In this document: positions 13,671-22,326 of the stretch, one piece after another
Position numbering within the stretch: position 1 is the first letter of the stretch
How the letters are laid out: each line of letters starts with the position of its first letter
Source: Ignavibacteriaceae bacterium
GTDB taxonomy: Bacteria; Bacteroidota; Ignavibacteria; Ignavibacteriales; Ignavibacteriaceae
Assembly: GCA_036480595.1 (NCBI GenBank)
Contig: JAZGGS010000494.1
Location: 1-43,525, forward strand
Direction: 5' to 3'
Length of the DNA stretch: 43,525 nt
Program-made: the position numbers and the translations under genes
Notes under the pieces: generated by a model
What the model saw: only the letters and a program-made list of their open reading frames with translations
Told to the model about the DNA's origin: nothing
Databases searched by the model: none

Positions 13671-14008
13671 TGAACAATCAAACTCAAGTACTCAAAAATA
13701 GTGTTTTCAAATCACTATCTGCCATTAACGCAGCAAGCAAGAAAGTCAGCAAGGATTGGGATAAAAAAGCAATCACAATTCCAATTCAGCTTTACTCTGA
13801 AGTTATCAAGGCTGCTAAATGGGAAAAGCATCCGACAAACAAAATAGCAAATGATTATATTGGCAATTATAACCTTATGCTAGATTTGCTTTTCAAGGCT
13901 GCAAAAGAATCCGCTTTTAAATTTGGAGTAGAATCTGTACCTTTAGAATTCATAGCAATAACAATCAATGAGGTTAAAGATGCGTTTTTAAAAGGAATGA
14001 AGAAATGA
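13670..14008 (+). CDS. Hypothetical protein (112 aa)
   Basis: Track ORF with a TAATG overlap. Confidence 0.65.
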   Translation: MNNQTQVLKNSVFKSLSAINAASKKVSKDWDKKAITIPIQLYSEVIKAAKWEKHPTNKIANDYIGNYNLMLDLLFKAAKESAFKFGVESVPLEFIAITINEVKDAFLKGMKK

Positions 14009-15033
14009 TACTCTATAAAAAAGATGAGTTTATTTATTACGATTTTGGAACCGGAAACCCCAGTGATAAAGCATATGGCAATGACCTGAAGGTGAATTTT
14101 TTCGATCATGGATCAAATGTTATTCAAATAGTAATAGATATAAAAACAGGTCATGACTTTGAGCACATTATAACCAGGTTAGTACCGGCAACTGAAATTC
14201 AAGACAGACTTGGGGTTGCTTATGGGTCAACTTTAGAGGAAGTAATATTTGGTTTCAATAAAGGGACTGACGTAAACCAACAAGATCAGACAACTGATGC
14301 AATAATAGCCCATTTCAATCAGGTATCAAATAGTACTATATTAGTGGTTGCTGCTGAGATAGGCGAAGGATTAAATTATACAATTACAGTTGATGATGAT
14401 ACCGGAGTTATAGCCGGAAGTATGATTATTCTTTTTCATCCCGCAAGTGAACGGTTTTCAAATTTTCATGCTTTGAGCGCAACCGATGACGTAATAACAC
14501 TTGATAGGCCAATAGATTTTGATTATCCCATTGGGACATTTGTTGATATAGCAAGCAATGAAATGGCAGTTGATGGAAGTAGCACACCGCAAGTATTTGG
14601 ATTAAGAGGAACCGGAGCGCCGCCTGGAGTTGACATAGCTTTCGATATGACAAGGATTATATTTAAATGTAAGACAGCGACCGCAGTTGATTTAGCTAAG
14701 TTCGGAGATTTAGATGCCTTGATAAATGGATTAGTATTTAGAACTAGAAATAACCGTTTTCATAATATATTTAATATTAAATCAAATGGTGAATTAGCCG
14801 GAATTATGTATGACTGGACACCATATGCGGCTGACAATCCGGTACAAGGTCAAAACGGGTTTGTCGCTAGATTAACATTTGCTGGTATGGATAAAATGGG
14901 CGTGGCGATTAGACTACCAATAGGGACAGATGCGGAGTTCGTGATACAAGATGATTTAGTGTCAGCTCAATCAGGTAGCAGACAAATAACCTCATTAATA
15001 GTTACAGCTGAAGGACACATAGTAGAACCGTAA
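14005..15033 (+). CDS. Hypothetical protein (342 aa); composition resembles the structural genes
   Basis: Track ORF with an ATGA overlap. Its amino-acid composition (rich in Gly, Thr, Ala and Val) resembles the virion genes rather than the early genes. Confidence 0.75.
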   Translation: MILYKKDEFIYYDFGTGNPSDKAYGNDLKVNFFDHGSNVIQIVIDIKTGHDFEHIITRLVPATEIQDRLGVAYGSTLEEVIFGFNKGTDVNQQDQTTDAIIAHFNQVSNSTILVVAAEIGEGLNYTITVDDDTGVIAGSMIILFHPASERFSNFHALSATDDVITLDRPIDFDYPIGTFVDIASNEMAVDGSSTPQVFGLRGTGAPPGVDIAFDMTRIIFKCKTATAVDLAKFGDLDALINGLVFRTRNNRFHNIFNIKSNGELAGIMYDWTPYAADNPVQGQNGFVARLTFAGMDKMGVAIRLPIGTDAEFVIQDDLVSAQSGSRQITSLIVTAEGHIVEP

Positions 15034-15497
15034 TGAAAAGAAGAAACTTTATAAAGAATTTAGCCGCTATCGCTGTTGTATCTCAAATAGACATTACAGA
15101 GGCCAAATCAGGTGATCCTATAAAAGTGGCTGCAAATGAGTTCAACGAAGATGGAACTCCTAAAATTTGTTTAACTTTACAATCAGGCAATGAGAAAATA
15201 GAAATTAATTGCAGCGGTCTAACCCTAGAAATGACTCCTATAATTAACAAATATATTTCTAGCTCATGGGAGCCTTTAGATTACAAACAAGACCTTATCT
15301 TTACCTCCAAATTAACCGAAAAGCAACATGAGTTTATTGATGATGCAGTAGAAAGTATGTATGAAAAAATACAATTTGCTTTCCATGTTGATGATTTAAT
15401 TTATTCAGGGAAAGGATTGTTATATGATTATGAAATTGATTTAGCTACTAATGAATGTGATGTGAAATTGAGAATAAATAACTGTAATGTAATTTAA
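15033..15497 (+). CDS. Hypothetical protein with twin-arginine-like signal peptide (154 aa)
   Basis: The N-terminus MKRRNFIKNLAAIAVVSQIDITEA has an RRxFxK motif followed by a hydrophobic stretch. Confidence 0.7.
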   Translation: MKRRNFIKNLAAIAVVSQIDITEAKSGDPIKVAANEFNEDGTPKICLTLQSGNEKIEINCSGLTLEMTPIINKYISSSWEPLDYKQDLIFTSKLTEKQHEFIDDAVESMYEKIQFAFHVDDLIYSGKGLLYDYEIDLATNECDVKLRINNCNVI

Positions 15498-15501
15498 AGT
15501 G

Positions 15502-15867
15502 ATGGCTAAAAAAGGATCATATGAAGAGGCTATTTTAGAAGTCATAAAAGACAATAAGCTTTATGTAATTACTGATATATTTGCCTTTTATACAGGGTGT
15601 TCACGAAAGACTTTTTATGATCATGAGTTGCACAAAAGTGACAATATTAAAAAGGCTATTGACGATAACAAAATAAAAACATGCCAAAGTCTTAAAAAAA
15701 AGTGGTTTGAATCGGATAATCCAACATTGCAAATAGCATTGTTTAAAACCATTTGCAGCGATGATAATTTGAAAAAGCTGTCGCAATCCTTCCATAATCT
15801 AAATCCTGACGGCGAACCTATAAAATACGAAGTAAATTGGGGCAAAAATGAAAAAGGTAAAGATTGA
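15502..15867 (+). CDS. terS: Terminase small subunit (putative)
   Basis: It lies immediately upstream of, and overlaps, the large terminase gene. It encodes about 120 aa. The assignment rests on position plus weak motif memory. Confidence 0.5.
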   Translation: MAKKGSYEEAILEVIKDNKLYVITDIFAFYTGCSRKTFYDHELHKSDNIKKAIDDNKIKTCQSLKKKWFESDNPTLQIALFKTICSDDNLKKLSQSFHNLNPDGEPIKYEVNWGKNEKGKD

Positions 15868-17146
15868 CATAAGCCCGGCTTATCAGTTTTTAAAACATCC
15901 ACATAGATACAAAGCAGCATGGGGAGGAAGGGGAGCCGCCCGGTCGTGGTCATTTGCCAGAGCCTTATTACTTCGAGGTGTCAATGAGAAAATAAGAATC
16001 CTTTGTACCCGTGAATTCCAGAAATCAATTAAAGACAGTGTACATAAATTACTTTGCGATCAGATCGACTTATGCAATATGCATTCAATCTATGACATTA
16101 AAAGAGATAATATCACAAGTAAAACCGGGACTGAGTTTCTATTTGCCGGATTAAAGCATAATGTAACGAATATCAAATCAATGGAGGGTATTGATATTTG
16201 TTGGGTAGAAGAAGCAGAAAAAGTAAGTGAGGATAGTTGGGATATTCTTATTCCGACAATCAGGAAGGAAGGTTCTGAAATATGGGTATCGTTTAACGCA
16301 GACCTGGAAACAGATCCGACATACAAGCGGTTAGTCTTGCACCCTCCACCTGACAGTGTAATTAAGAAAACCTCATGGAGAGATAACAATTGGTTCCCTG
16401 ACGTACTCCGGAAAGAAAAGGACTATATGTACACGGTTGATCCCGAACGTGCAGCCTGGATATGGGAAGGTGAATGCAGAAGCCACTCAGACGCTCAGAT
16501 AATGAAGAATAAATGGGTAGTTGATGTATTTGAACCTCCATATGATAAGATGGGTAATTCGTGGTGGTATGGTCCTTATTACGGCTGTGATTGGGGCTTT
16601 GCCGTTAGCCCATTGGCATTGATTAGATTTTGGATTCAACCTTTCAATGATTACTTTGATTTGATGATTGAGTATGAAAAGTGGGGTATTCGTGTTGATT
16701 TGGATGACCATAAAGAGTTTTTTAACGATATGCCTGGTATTAAGAACGCAGAAATAAAGCCTAGCCATTTCGGTATGCCCATAACAGGTAAACCTAAAAT
16801 ATATGCAGATTCAGCCAGGCCGGAAACAATTAATATGATGATTAATCTAGGATTTAATGTTGTTGCATCACCTAAATGGCCGGGCTGTGTTGAGGATGGC
16901 ATCACATGGATAAGAAGTGCTCGCAAGATAGTTATACATGAACGATGCAAACACACTATTGACGATGCACGTAATTATTCATATAAGATTGATCCATTGA
17001 CGGGGGATGTTCTGCCAATAATTATTAAAAAGCATGATGATACCTGGGATTCAATCCGGTACGGTGCAACTCCATTTATTCATGGTGTTGAGGGTTACGG
17101 AGAAACAGTTGTTTTAGATGAACAAGTAAATATTAGTCCGGTATAA
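15848..17146 (+). CDS. terL: Terminase large subunit (PBSX/Terminase_3-like)
   Basis: 432 aa. It has a Walker-A-like WGGRGAARSWSFA, WVEEAE (Walker B-like) and a C-terminal nuclease-like region ending ...HDDTWDSIRY. Confidence 0.85.
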   Translation: MKKVKIDISPAYQFLKHPHRYKAAWGGRGAARSWSFARALLLRGVNEKIRILCTREFQKSIKDSVHKLLCDQIDLCNMHSIYDIKRDNITSKTGTEFLFAGLKHNVTNIKSMEGIDICWVEEAEKVSEDSWDILIPTIRKEGSEIWVSFNADLETDPTYKRLVLHPPPDSVIKKTSWRDNNWFPDVLRKEKDYMYTVDPERAAWIWEGECRSHSDAQIMKNKWVVDVFEPPYDKMGNSWWYGPYYGCDWGFAVSPLALIRFWIQPFNDYFDLMIEYEKWGIRVDLDDHKEFFNDMPGIKNAEIKPSHFGMPITGKPKIYADSARPETINMMINLGFNVVASPKWPGCVEDGITWIRSARKIVIHERCKHTIDDARNYSYKIDPLTGDVLPIIIKKHDDTWDSIRYGATPFIHGVEGYGETVVLDEQVNISPV

Positions 17147-17313
17147 TGTATGTCTCATTGGACAACTATCGGTGGCAGGCGAGCGAAAACTCACCGAATA
17201 CATTTTACTAAAATAAGTTGAATAAAGTTAATCCGGTATGATGAAAACTAAAATAGTAAAAGTAAAAGGCAGGCCTGTTAGAGATTTAGTCAGAGAGTTC
17301 AAAAAAGCAGATA

Positions 17314-17469
17314 ATGAAGGGTATGAGTTCAGGAGATTATGTTGATTTACGTACAGAAGAAATACTGGATAAGATTTTGCGTAAAGCCGTAAAAGAGTAC
17401 GATTCTAAGAACTGGTATCAGAAAATAAGGGATTATATCAAAATGTATATAAATATTCTAAGATTATGA
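17314..17469 (+). CDS. Hypothetical protein (51 aa)
   Basis: Hand translation MKGMSSGDYVDLRTEEILDKILRKAVKEYDSKNWYQKIRDYIKMYINILRL. The stop overlaps the next ATG (ATGA at 17466). Confidence 0.4.
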   Translation: MKGMSSGDYVDLRTEEILDKILRKAVKEYDSKNWYQKIRDYIKMYINILRL

Positions 17470-17669
17470 GTGAAAAACAAGGAATAATATACGCTAATAA
17501 TTATAAATCAGGTACTACCTGGACACGCACAAATCGATTAAGATGGAAGAAAACCGGCAAAGCAATTTTTAATTTTGAATCTTTTGCTAAACCTGAGCTT
17601 GAATTATATCAAGCATGGATAAATGATTTAGGAGAAATAAAATGGGAAGCAGTCGAAATTGTAGAATAA
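17466..17669 (+). CDS. Hypothetical protein (67 aa)
   Basis: Track ORF. Confidence 0.6.
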   Translation: MSEKQGIIYANNYKSGTTWTRTNRLRWKKTGKAIFNFESFAKPELELYQAWINDLGEIKWEAVEIVE

Positions 17670-17673
17670 GATT

Positions 17674-17880
17674 ATGATTTATTACTTCATTAGATTAACA
17701 ATCATTTCAAGCAGATATAAAAATCCGTTTCCATTTCAATGTGTGTCTAATGTCCATCCTTTTCAATGGGTATTTGATAACAAAAGATCAGGAGAAACAA
17801 TAATGATTGAAGATTGGAAAGAAATTACACTTGCAGAATATAATTTAGGCAGGTCAAAACTAGAAAATGTCAGATCATGA
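17674..17880 (+). CDS. Hypothetical protein (68 aa)
   Basis: Track ORF. Confidence 0.5.
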   Translation: MIYYFIRLTIISSRYKNPFPFQCVSNVHPFQWVFDNKRSGETIMIEDWKEITLAEYNLGRSKLENVRS

Positions 17881-18200
17881 AAATACCTGAATATGCATTA
17901 AATTATTTAGACAGAATGAATGATATCTTATTTATATTGTCATGTGAATCAATGACAATAAAAGAAACATCTTTATATTTTGGTTGGAAATACCAAGCAA
18001 CAAAAAACGATATCTATGCTCTAATGCCTTGCGAATATAAAGAAGCAGACGGATTTGTTGAATTTGTTAGTAATATTGATTGGATAGATGATGATAAATA
18101 TTCATATCGAAGAAAAGTAAACCGAAAATTAGTATTAACTCAAAAAGGCAAAGATTACGTAAAATTACCCGATAAAAAACTTCTGTATTATAGAGATTAA
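17877..18200 (+). CDS. Hypothetical protein (107 aa)
   Basis: Track ORF with an ATGA overlap. Confidence 0.65.
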   Translation: MKIPEYALNYLDRMNDILFILSCESMTIKETSLYFGWKYQATKNDIYALMPCEYKEADGFVEFVSNIDWIDDDKYSYRRKVNRKLVLTQKGKDYVKLPDKKLLYYRD

Positions 18201-18211
18201 AAAATTAAATC

Positions 18212-18625
18212 ATGAAAAAGGTATTGTTTACAATTATCATTTTAAGCTTATTGAGTTGTTCAAAAGAAACCACACTCATAAGCGAATACGATATTAGCGG
18301 AGTATGGACAGGTAGTGGAGATTATTCATTGTCTTATTTACCGGAACCTGTAAACATGGATATTGAATTTGTTTTCAATAACAATGAGTTCATAAAGTTC
18401 TATCATGATGTAGTTGGAACTATTGAAACTTTAACCGATGGAAAATTAATAAGAACCGGGAACGAAATCTATATTGAGATATTCAAAACGAGTGCGGACG
18501 GGACAAACCAATCATTATTATATACCTTTACAGGCAATATATTGAATGAAAGTACTATTGTGGGATCATTAGTATTAGTATGGCGGGATATTGGGGATAA
18601 CGGAGACTTTATATTAAGAAAATAA
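18212..18625 (+). CDS. Predicted lipoprotein (137 aa)
   Basis: MKKVLFTIIILSLLSCSKE carries a signal peptide and a lipobox Cys. Confidence 0.7.
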   Translation: MKKVLFTIIILSLLSCSKETTLISEYDISGVWTGSGDYSLSYLPEPVNMDIEFVFNNNEFIKFYHDVVGTIETLTDGKLIRTGNEIYIEIFKTSADGTNQSLLYTFTGNILNESTIVGSLVLVWRDIGDNGDFILRK

Positions 18626-18629
18626 TATC

Positions 18630-20249
18630 ATGAAACTATTAACAAACAAACAAGAGCAGGAAAGGGAATCACAGATTGAAACCCTGATAAAAGAAATTGC
18701 CGTTGAATCACATGTTAATCGTGAAAACGAGGATGAGTTCAAAGAAAGGATTGCAGCCCTTGAGATAGCACTTGAAGATCAGGACTGGTTAAAATTAGAT
18801 TTCAGTAACAATAAGCAATTAGGGAGGGATTCACTTCAAAAGATAAATGACAGGGCACGTATGTTCTGGCTTAAAAATCCTCTTATCAGGCGGGCCACGC
18901 TTACCCAAGCTAATTATGTATTTGGCCAGGGAGTTGAAATCAATTCAGAGAATGAGAATGTAAACAAGGTCATCCAGGCATTTATTGACGATCCTAAGAA
19001 TAAAGCCGAATTGACAGATCACGAAACTAGAATGATAAAGGAAATAGAATTACAGCTATTTGCAAATATTTATTTTGTTTTCTTCACCGATGCATCAACA
19101 GGGAAGGTGCTTGTAAGGACTATCCCAGAATATGAGATTCAAGACATTGTAACCGAACCTGAAGATAGCAAAACTCCTGTATGGTATAAACGCGTTCATA
19201 GTAAAAGTAAATTTGATTTTGGATCGGATTCACAAGGGCCCGGTGAGCAGGCGACGACTTATTACAAAGATTGGAAAAGTGACAATACAGATATAAAACC
19301 ACCACAAAAGAAAATTGCCAAAGACGCCGTAATATATCATGTGGCCGTCAATAAACTATCCGATATGAAATTTGGTGTATCAGAGGTTTACAGCGCACTT
19401 GATTGGAGTAAAGCTTACACCAAGTTCTTAGAGGACTGGAGCACGATCACTAGGTCATATGCGATGTTCGCTTGGAATATGGTGAGTAAGAATAAAACCG
19501 GATTATTGGCCGCTAAAGCAAAATTATCCACTACGTTGTCTCAGAGCAATACGGAGACAAATCCGAAGCCGGTTACTGGATCCACTTTGCATGTAACTGA
19601 AGGATCGAAAATGGAGCCTATAAAAACAGCCGGGGCGACTACCAAAGCAGAGGACGGAGACAAAATAGTACACATGGTTAGTGCAGCAACCGGAATATTT
19701 TTTCATTATCTGACGGGTGACCCAAGCACTGGTAATCTGGCCACTGCAAAAGCAATGGAGCTGCCCATGCAATTACAATTTAAGAACAGACAAAAGCTTT
19801 GGGTCGGAATTTATACTAACATTCTCAATTACGTTATCGATCAGAGTATGGCAGCTACAGGCGGCAAATTAACAGGCGCAAGAAACAAAGAAACAGGTAA
19901 TTTTGAGCTTGTTGGCAATGAGGATTTGCTTTTAAATATTTCATTTCCTGATATACTTGAAAAGGATACCACTAACCGGATTGATGCAATTATAAAAGCA
20001 TCGACACTGGACGGCAAGCAGTTATCCAATATGATTGAAGCGCCTGTAGTGGCTCGTATGTTATTGGAAGCACTAGGAGAAAAAGACATTGACGAAATGA
20101 TTAAGAAAATGTTTCCTGATGGACAACCAATTGAAAGCATTCAGCAAACAATGGAAGAGGCATTTAAGGAACTCAAAGAAGTCATTAAGGATTTAAAGCC
20201 TAATGGTAAGTATCGTGAGTATAAAATAAAGGGAGGTGATTTGACATGA
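18630..20249 (+). CDS. Portal protein (putative)
   Basis: 539 aa, located between the terminase and the Mu-F-like head morphogenesis gene. The assignment rests on size and synteny. Confidence 0.7.
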   Translation: MKLLTNKQEQERESQIETLIKEIAVESHVNRENEDEFKERIAALEIALEDQDWLKLDFSNNKQLGRDSLQKINDRARMFWLKNPLIRRATLTQANYVFGQGVEINSENENVNKVIQAFIDDPKNKAELTDHETRMIKEIELQLFANIYFVFFTDASTGKVLVRTIPEYEIQDIVTEPEDSKTPVWYKRVHSKSKFDFGSDSQGPGEQATTYYKDWKSDNTDIKPPQKKIAKDAVIYHVAVNKLSDMKFGVSEVYSALDWSKAYTKFLEDWSTITRSYAMFAWNMVSKNKTGLLAAKAKLSTTLSQSNTETNPKPVTGSTLHVTEGSKMEPIKTAGATTKAEDGDKIVHMVSAATGIFFHYLTGDPSTGNLATAKAMELPMQLQFKNRQKLWVGIYTNILNYVIDQSMAATGGKLTGARNKETGNFELVGNEDLLLNISFPDILEKDTTNRIDAIIKASTLDGKQLSNMIEAPVVARMLLEALGEKDIDEMIKKMFPDGQPIESIQQTMEEAFKELKEVIKDLKPNGKYREYKIKGGDLT

Positions 20250-20410
20250 ATGAAAAAATAAAATTCGAAATATTATCATCACATGACGTTTATTTTAAAA
20301 CGAGAGTTGAGGCGTGGTTAAATGATGATGATATTCAAATAATGTCTATTTCATATGAGGCTAAAGAAAATAACTGGTATATCGCTTATATAACATATAG
20401 AGAAATTTAA
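20246..20410 (+). CDS. Hypothetical protein (54 aa)
   Basis: Hand translation MNEKIKFEILSSHDVYFKTRVEAWLNDDDIQIMSISYEAKENNWYIAYITYREI, with an ATGA overlap to the portal stop. Confidence 0.5.
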   Translation: MNEKIKFEILSSHDVYFKTRVEAWLNDDDIQIMSISYEAKENNWYIAYITYREI

Positions 20411-20411
20411 T

Positions 20412-20555
20412 ATGATAAATGAAATCTTACAATGGATTGTAATTGTATGGGCTGTGTGGGCAATACATACTGAAGGGAAAGCTATAACAGCCGTTTGTGA
20501 TAGTTTGGCTGAAATAGCGAAATGGCGGGATAAGGAAAGACCAGATGAAAAATAA
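20412..20555 (+). CDS. Hypothetical membrane peptide (47 aa)
   Basis: MINEILQWIVIVWAVWAIHTEGK... fills a gap below the track cutoff. Confidence 0.4.
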   Translation: MINEILQWIVIVWAVWAIHTEGKAITAVCDSLAEIAKWRDKERPDEK

Positions 20556-20718
20556 ATCTAAAATATTAATGAACAATAAAGATAATGCAAAGATTGATTG
20601 TGTTAATTGTAAATCATTCCGAACTACTACCTTACATTATCCTAGTGGAAGATGTGAAATATTAGATGAACTTTGTGGACTTGGACATTATTGCAATGAA
20701 TTTGAAATAAGGAAATGA
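20545..20718 (+). CDS. Hypothetical Cys-rich protein (57 aa)
   Basis: MKNKSKILMNNKDNAKIDCVNCKSFRTTTLHYPSGRCEILDELCGLGHYCNEFEIRK. Confidence 0.4.
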   Translation: MKNKSKILMNNKDNAKIDCVNCKSFRTTTLHYPSGRCEILDELCGLGHYCNEFEIRK

Positions 20719-20724
20719 ACAGAT

Positions 20725-20946
20725 ATGATTCTATTTAAAAGAATACGTGAACGCTTAATCTTATTGGAGTATGAAAATAAGCGAATGGCAAAAAGAATAA
20801 AAGAAATTGAGAAACAATTAAAACCAATACCTCCAATGCGTCCAGAAGTCAGGACAATAATAGAGCCTTATAAATGGGATATATCATATAGCACGTTACG
20901 GAAGAAATACAGGGATTATAAAGAGATATTTGAAAATGAAATTTGA
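20725..20946 (+). CDS. Hypothetical protein (73 aa)
   Basis: Track ORF. Confidence 0.55.
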   Translation: MILFKRIRERLILLEYENKRMAKRIKEIEKQLKPIPPMRPEVRTIIEPYKWDISYSTLRKKYRDYKEIFENEI

Positions 20947-21235
20947 TATGAAAATAAAAAATATTGAGTTCGATGAGAAAAGTTTATCTTCATTTACACT
21001 AAATAAAGATAAGTATAATAGTCCAGTAGCGACTGGCAATGTAATTTGGTTCTTAAACCTATACTTTGAGATATTGGACGATTTTAATTTTAAAGTCAAT
21101 GAATCAAAAATTGTACAATATGATGAATTTGATTTTAGCAATATTGAGCAAATGGATGCTTATATTGAGTATTTAAAAACCAAACTAAATACAATCATAG
21201 AAAAAAATGGCAGAAACATTAATACAAAAGTTTAA
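20936..21235 (+). CDS. Hypothetical protein (99 aa; ATG inside track ORF 20930-21235, which starts at TTG)
   Basis: Track ORF. The first ATG is at 20936. Confidence 0.55.
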   Translation: MKFDMKIKNIEFDEKSLSSFTLNKDKYNSPVATGNVIWFLNLYFEILDDFNFKVNESKIVQYDEFDFSNIEQMDAYIEYLKTKLNTIIEKNGRNINTKV

Positions 21236-22028
21236 TAGAATATTCTCCAGGATAATCAGTGCAATGTCCCGGAACAAAAAGGACAATGCTTTGGCCGCCG
21301 CTCAATCCAAACTGCAAAAAGAAATCGCTAAGATATTCATTAAGCAAGGCAAATTATTTATTGAACAATTTGATGTATTTCAAATCCGGTTTAAAGAATC
21401 GATTACAGGCGATGAATTGAACAGGCTATTTAACAATGTGGAAGCCATAACTAACGAGTCATTTATTGATCCCCTCAATACAGCTTATCAATCATCTTTA
21501 TTCCAGGGCGCAAATGAGATCAGTAAATTGCTTGGTGAGGATGTCATAAGTTTTAATCTAAGCAATCAGCGTGCAAACGATTGGATAATTGATAACGGTG
21601 CTAAGTTGGTTACCAATGTAAATGAAACTACACGATTTCGAATTAAAACAGTTGTCAGAAATGGAGTTAAAGAAGGTCTTAGTTATGATAAGATTGCCGC
21701 AAATATTACTAAACGCTATAAAGAATTCGCTATTGGTAAACCGCAATTACATATCCGGTCCCGTGCTCACTTAGTCGCAATCACAGAAACAGGTAATGCA
21801 TATGAGGCAGGCGCGCGCGAAGGGGCAAAACAGGCTAACGATGCAGGATTGACAATGGAGAAGAAATGGAGTACCACCGGTGACAATCGAGTAAGCGAAT
21901 TATGCCTGGTCAATGAGGATGAATCATGGATTGGATTAGATCAGGTATTTGCCAGTGGACATGACAGGCCGTTAAGATTTCCAGGTTGTCGGTGCGCTGC
22001 TTTGTATAGGAGGAGAAAAACTAATTGA
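21207..22028 (+). CDS. Head morphogenesis protein (Mu F / SPP1 gp7 family)
   Basis: RAHLVAITETGNAYEAG ... WSTTGDNRVSELC ... RPLRFPGCRCA is the C-terminal signature of that family. Confidence 0.8.
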   Translation: MAETLIQKFNRIFSRIISAMSRNKKDNALAAAQSKLQKEIAKIFIKQGKLFIEQFDVFQIRFKESITGDELNRLFNNVEAITNESFIDPLNTAYQSSLFQGANEISKLLGEDVISFNLSNQRANDWIIDNGAKLVTNVNETTRFRIKTVVRNGVKEGLSYDKIAANITKRYKEFAIGKPQLHIRSRAHLVAITETGNAYEAGAREGAKQANDAGLTMEKKWSTTGDNRVSELCLVNEDESWIGLDQVFASGHDRPLRFPGCRCAALYRRRKTN

Positions 22029-22030
22029 TT

Positions 22031-22150
22031 ATGAAAAATACTTTATATTCTGATGTTGAAACATTGCGGCAAGCAATTTTAAATTTGTTTCATGAAATAG
22101 AGAAATCAATAAAAACACTAATCAATCATGGCAAACCTAAAAAGAATTGA
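22031..22150 (+). CDS. Possible small protein (39 aa)
   Basis: Hand translation MKNTLYSDVETLRQAILNLFHEIEKSIKTLINHGKPKKN. Confidence 0.35.
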   Translation: MKNTLYSDVETLRQAILNLFHEIEKSIKTLINHGKPKKN

Positions 22151-22223
22151 ATTAAGCAATGAGTTAGTACTTTCGTTTTTAAAAGAAATGAACATACCTA
22201 ATGATTTTGTCAGAGGGGTGTGA
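22128..22223 (+). CDS. Possible small protein (31 aa)
   Basis: MANLKRIELSNELVLSFLKEMNIPNDFVRGV. Confidence 0.3.
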   Translation: MANLKRIELSNELVLSFLKEMNIPNDFVRGV

Positions 22224-22245
22224 ACCAGATAATATATAATTAATT

Positions 22246-22326
22246 ATGAATTTAGCTGGATTAGTAGTGGTATGGTTTGTCGTAATTATAAGTTTGATGC
22301 TTATAAGCAATCTAAGAAATAAATGA
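22246..22326 (+). CDS. Possible 26-aa membrane peptide
   Basis: MNLAGLVVVWFVVIISLMLISNLRNK. The stop overlaps ATG 22323. Confidence 0.3.
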   Translation: MNLAGLVVVWFVVIISLMLISNLRNK

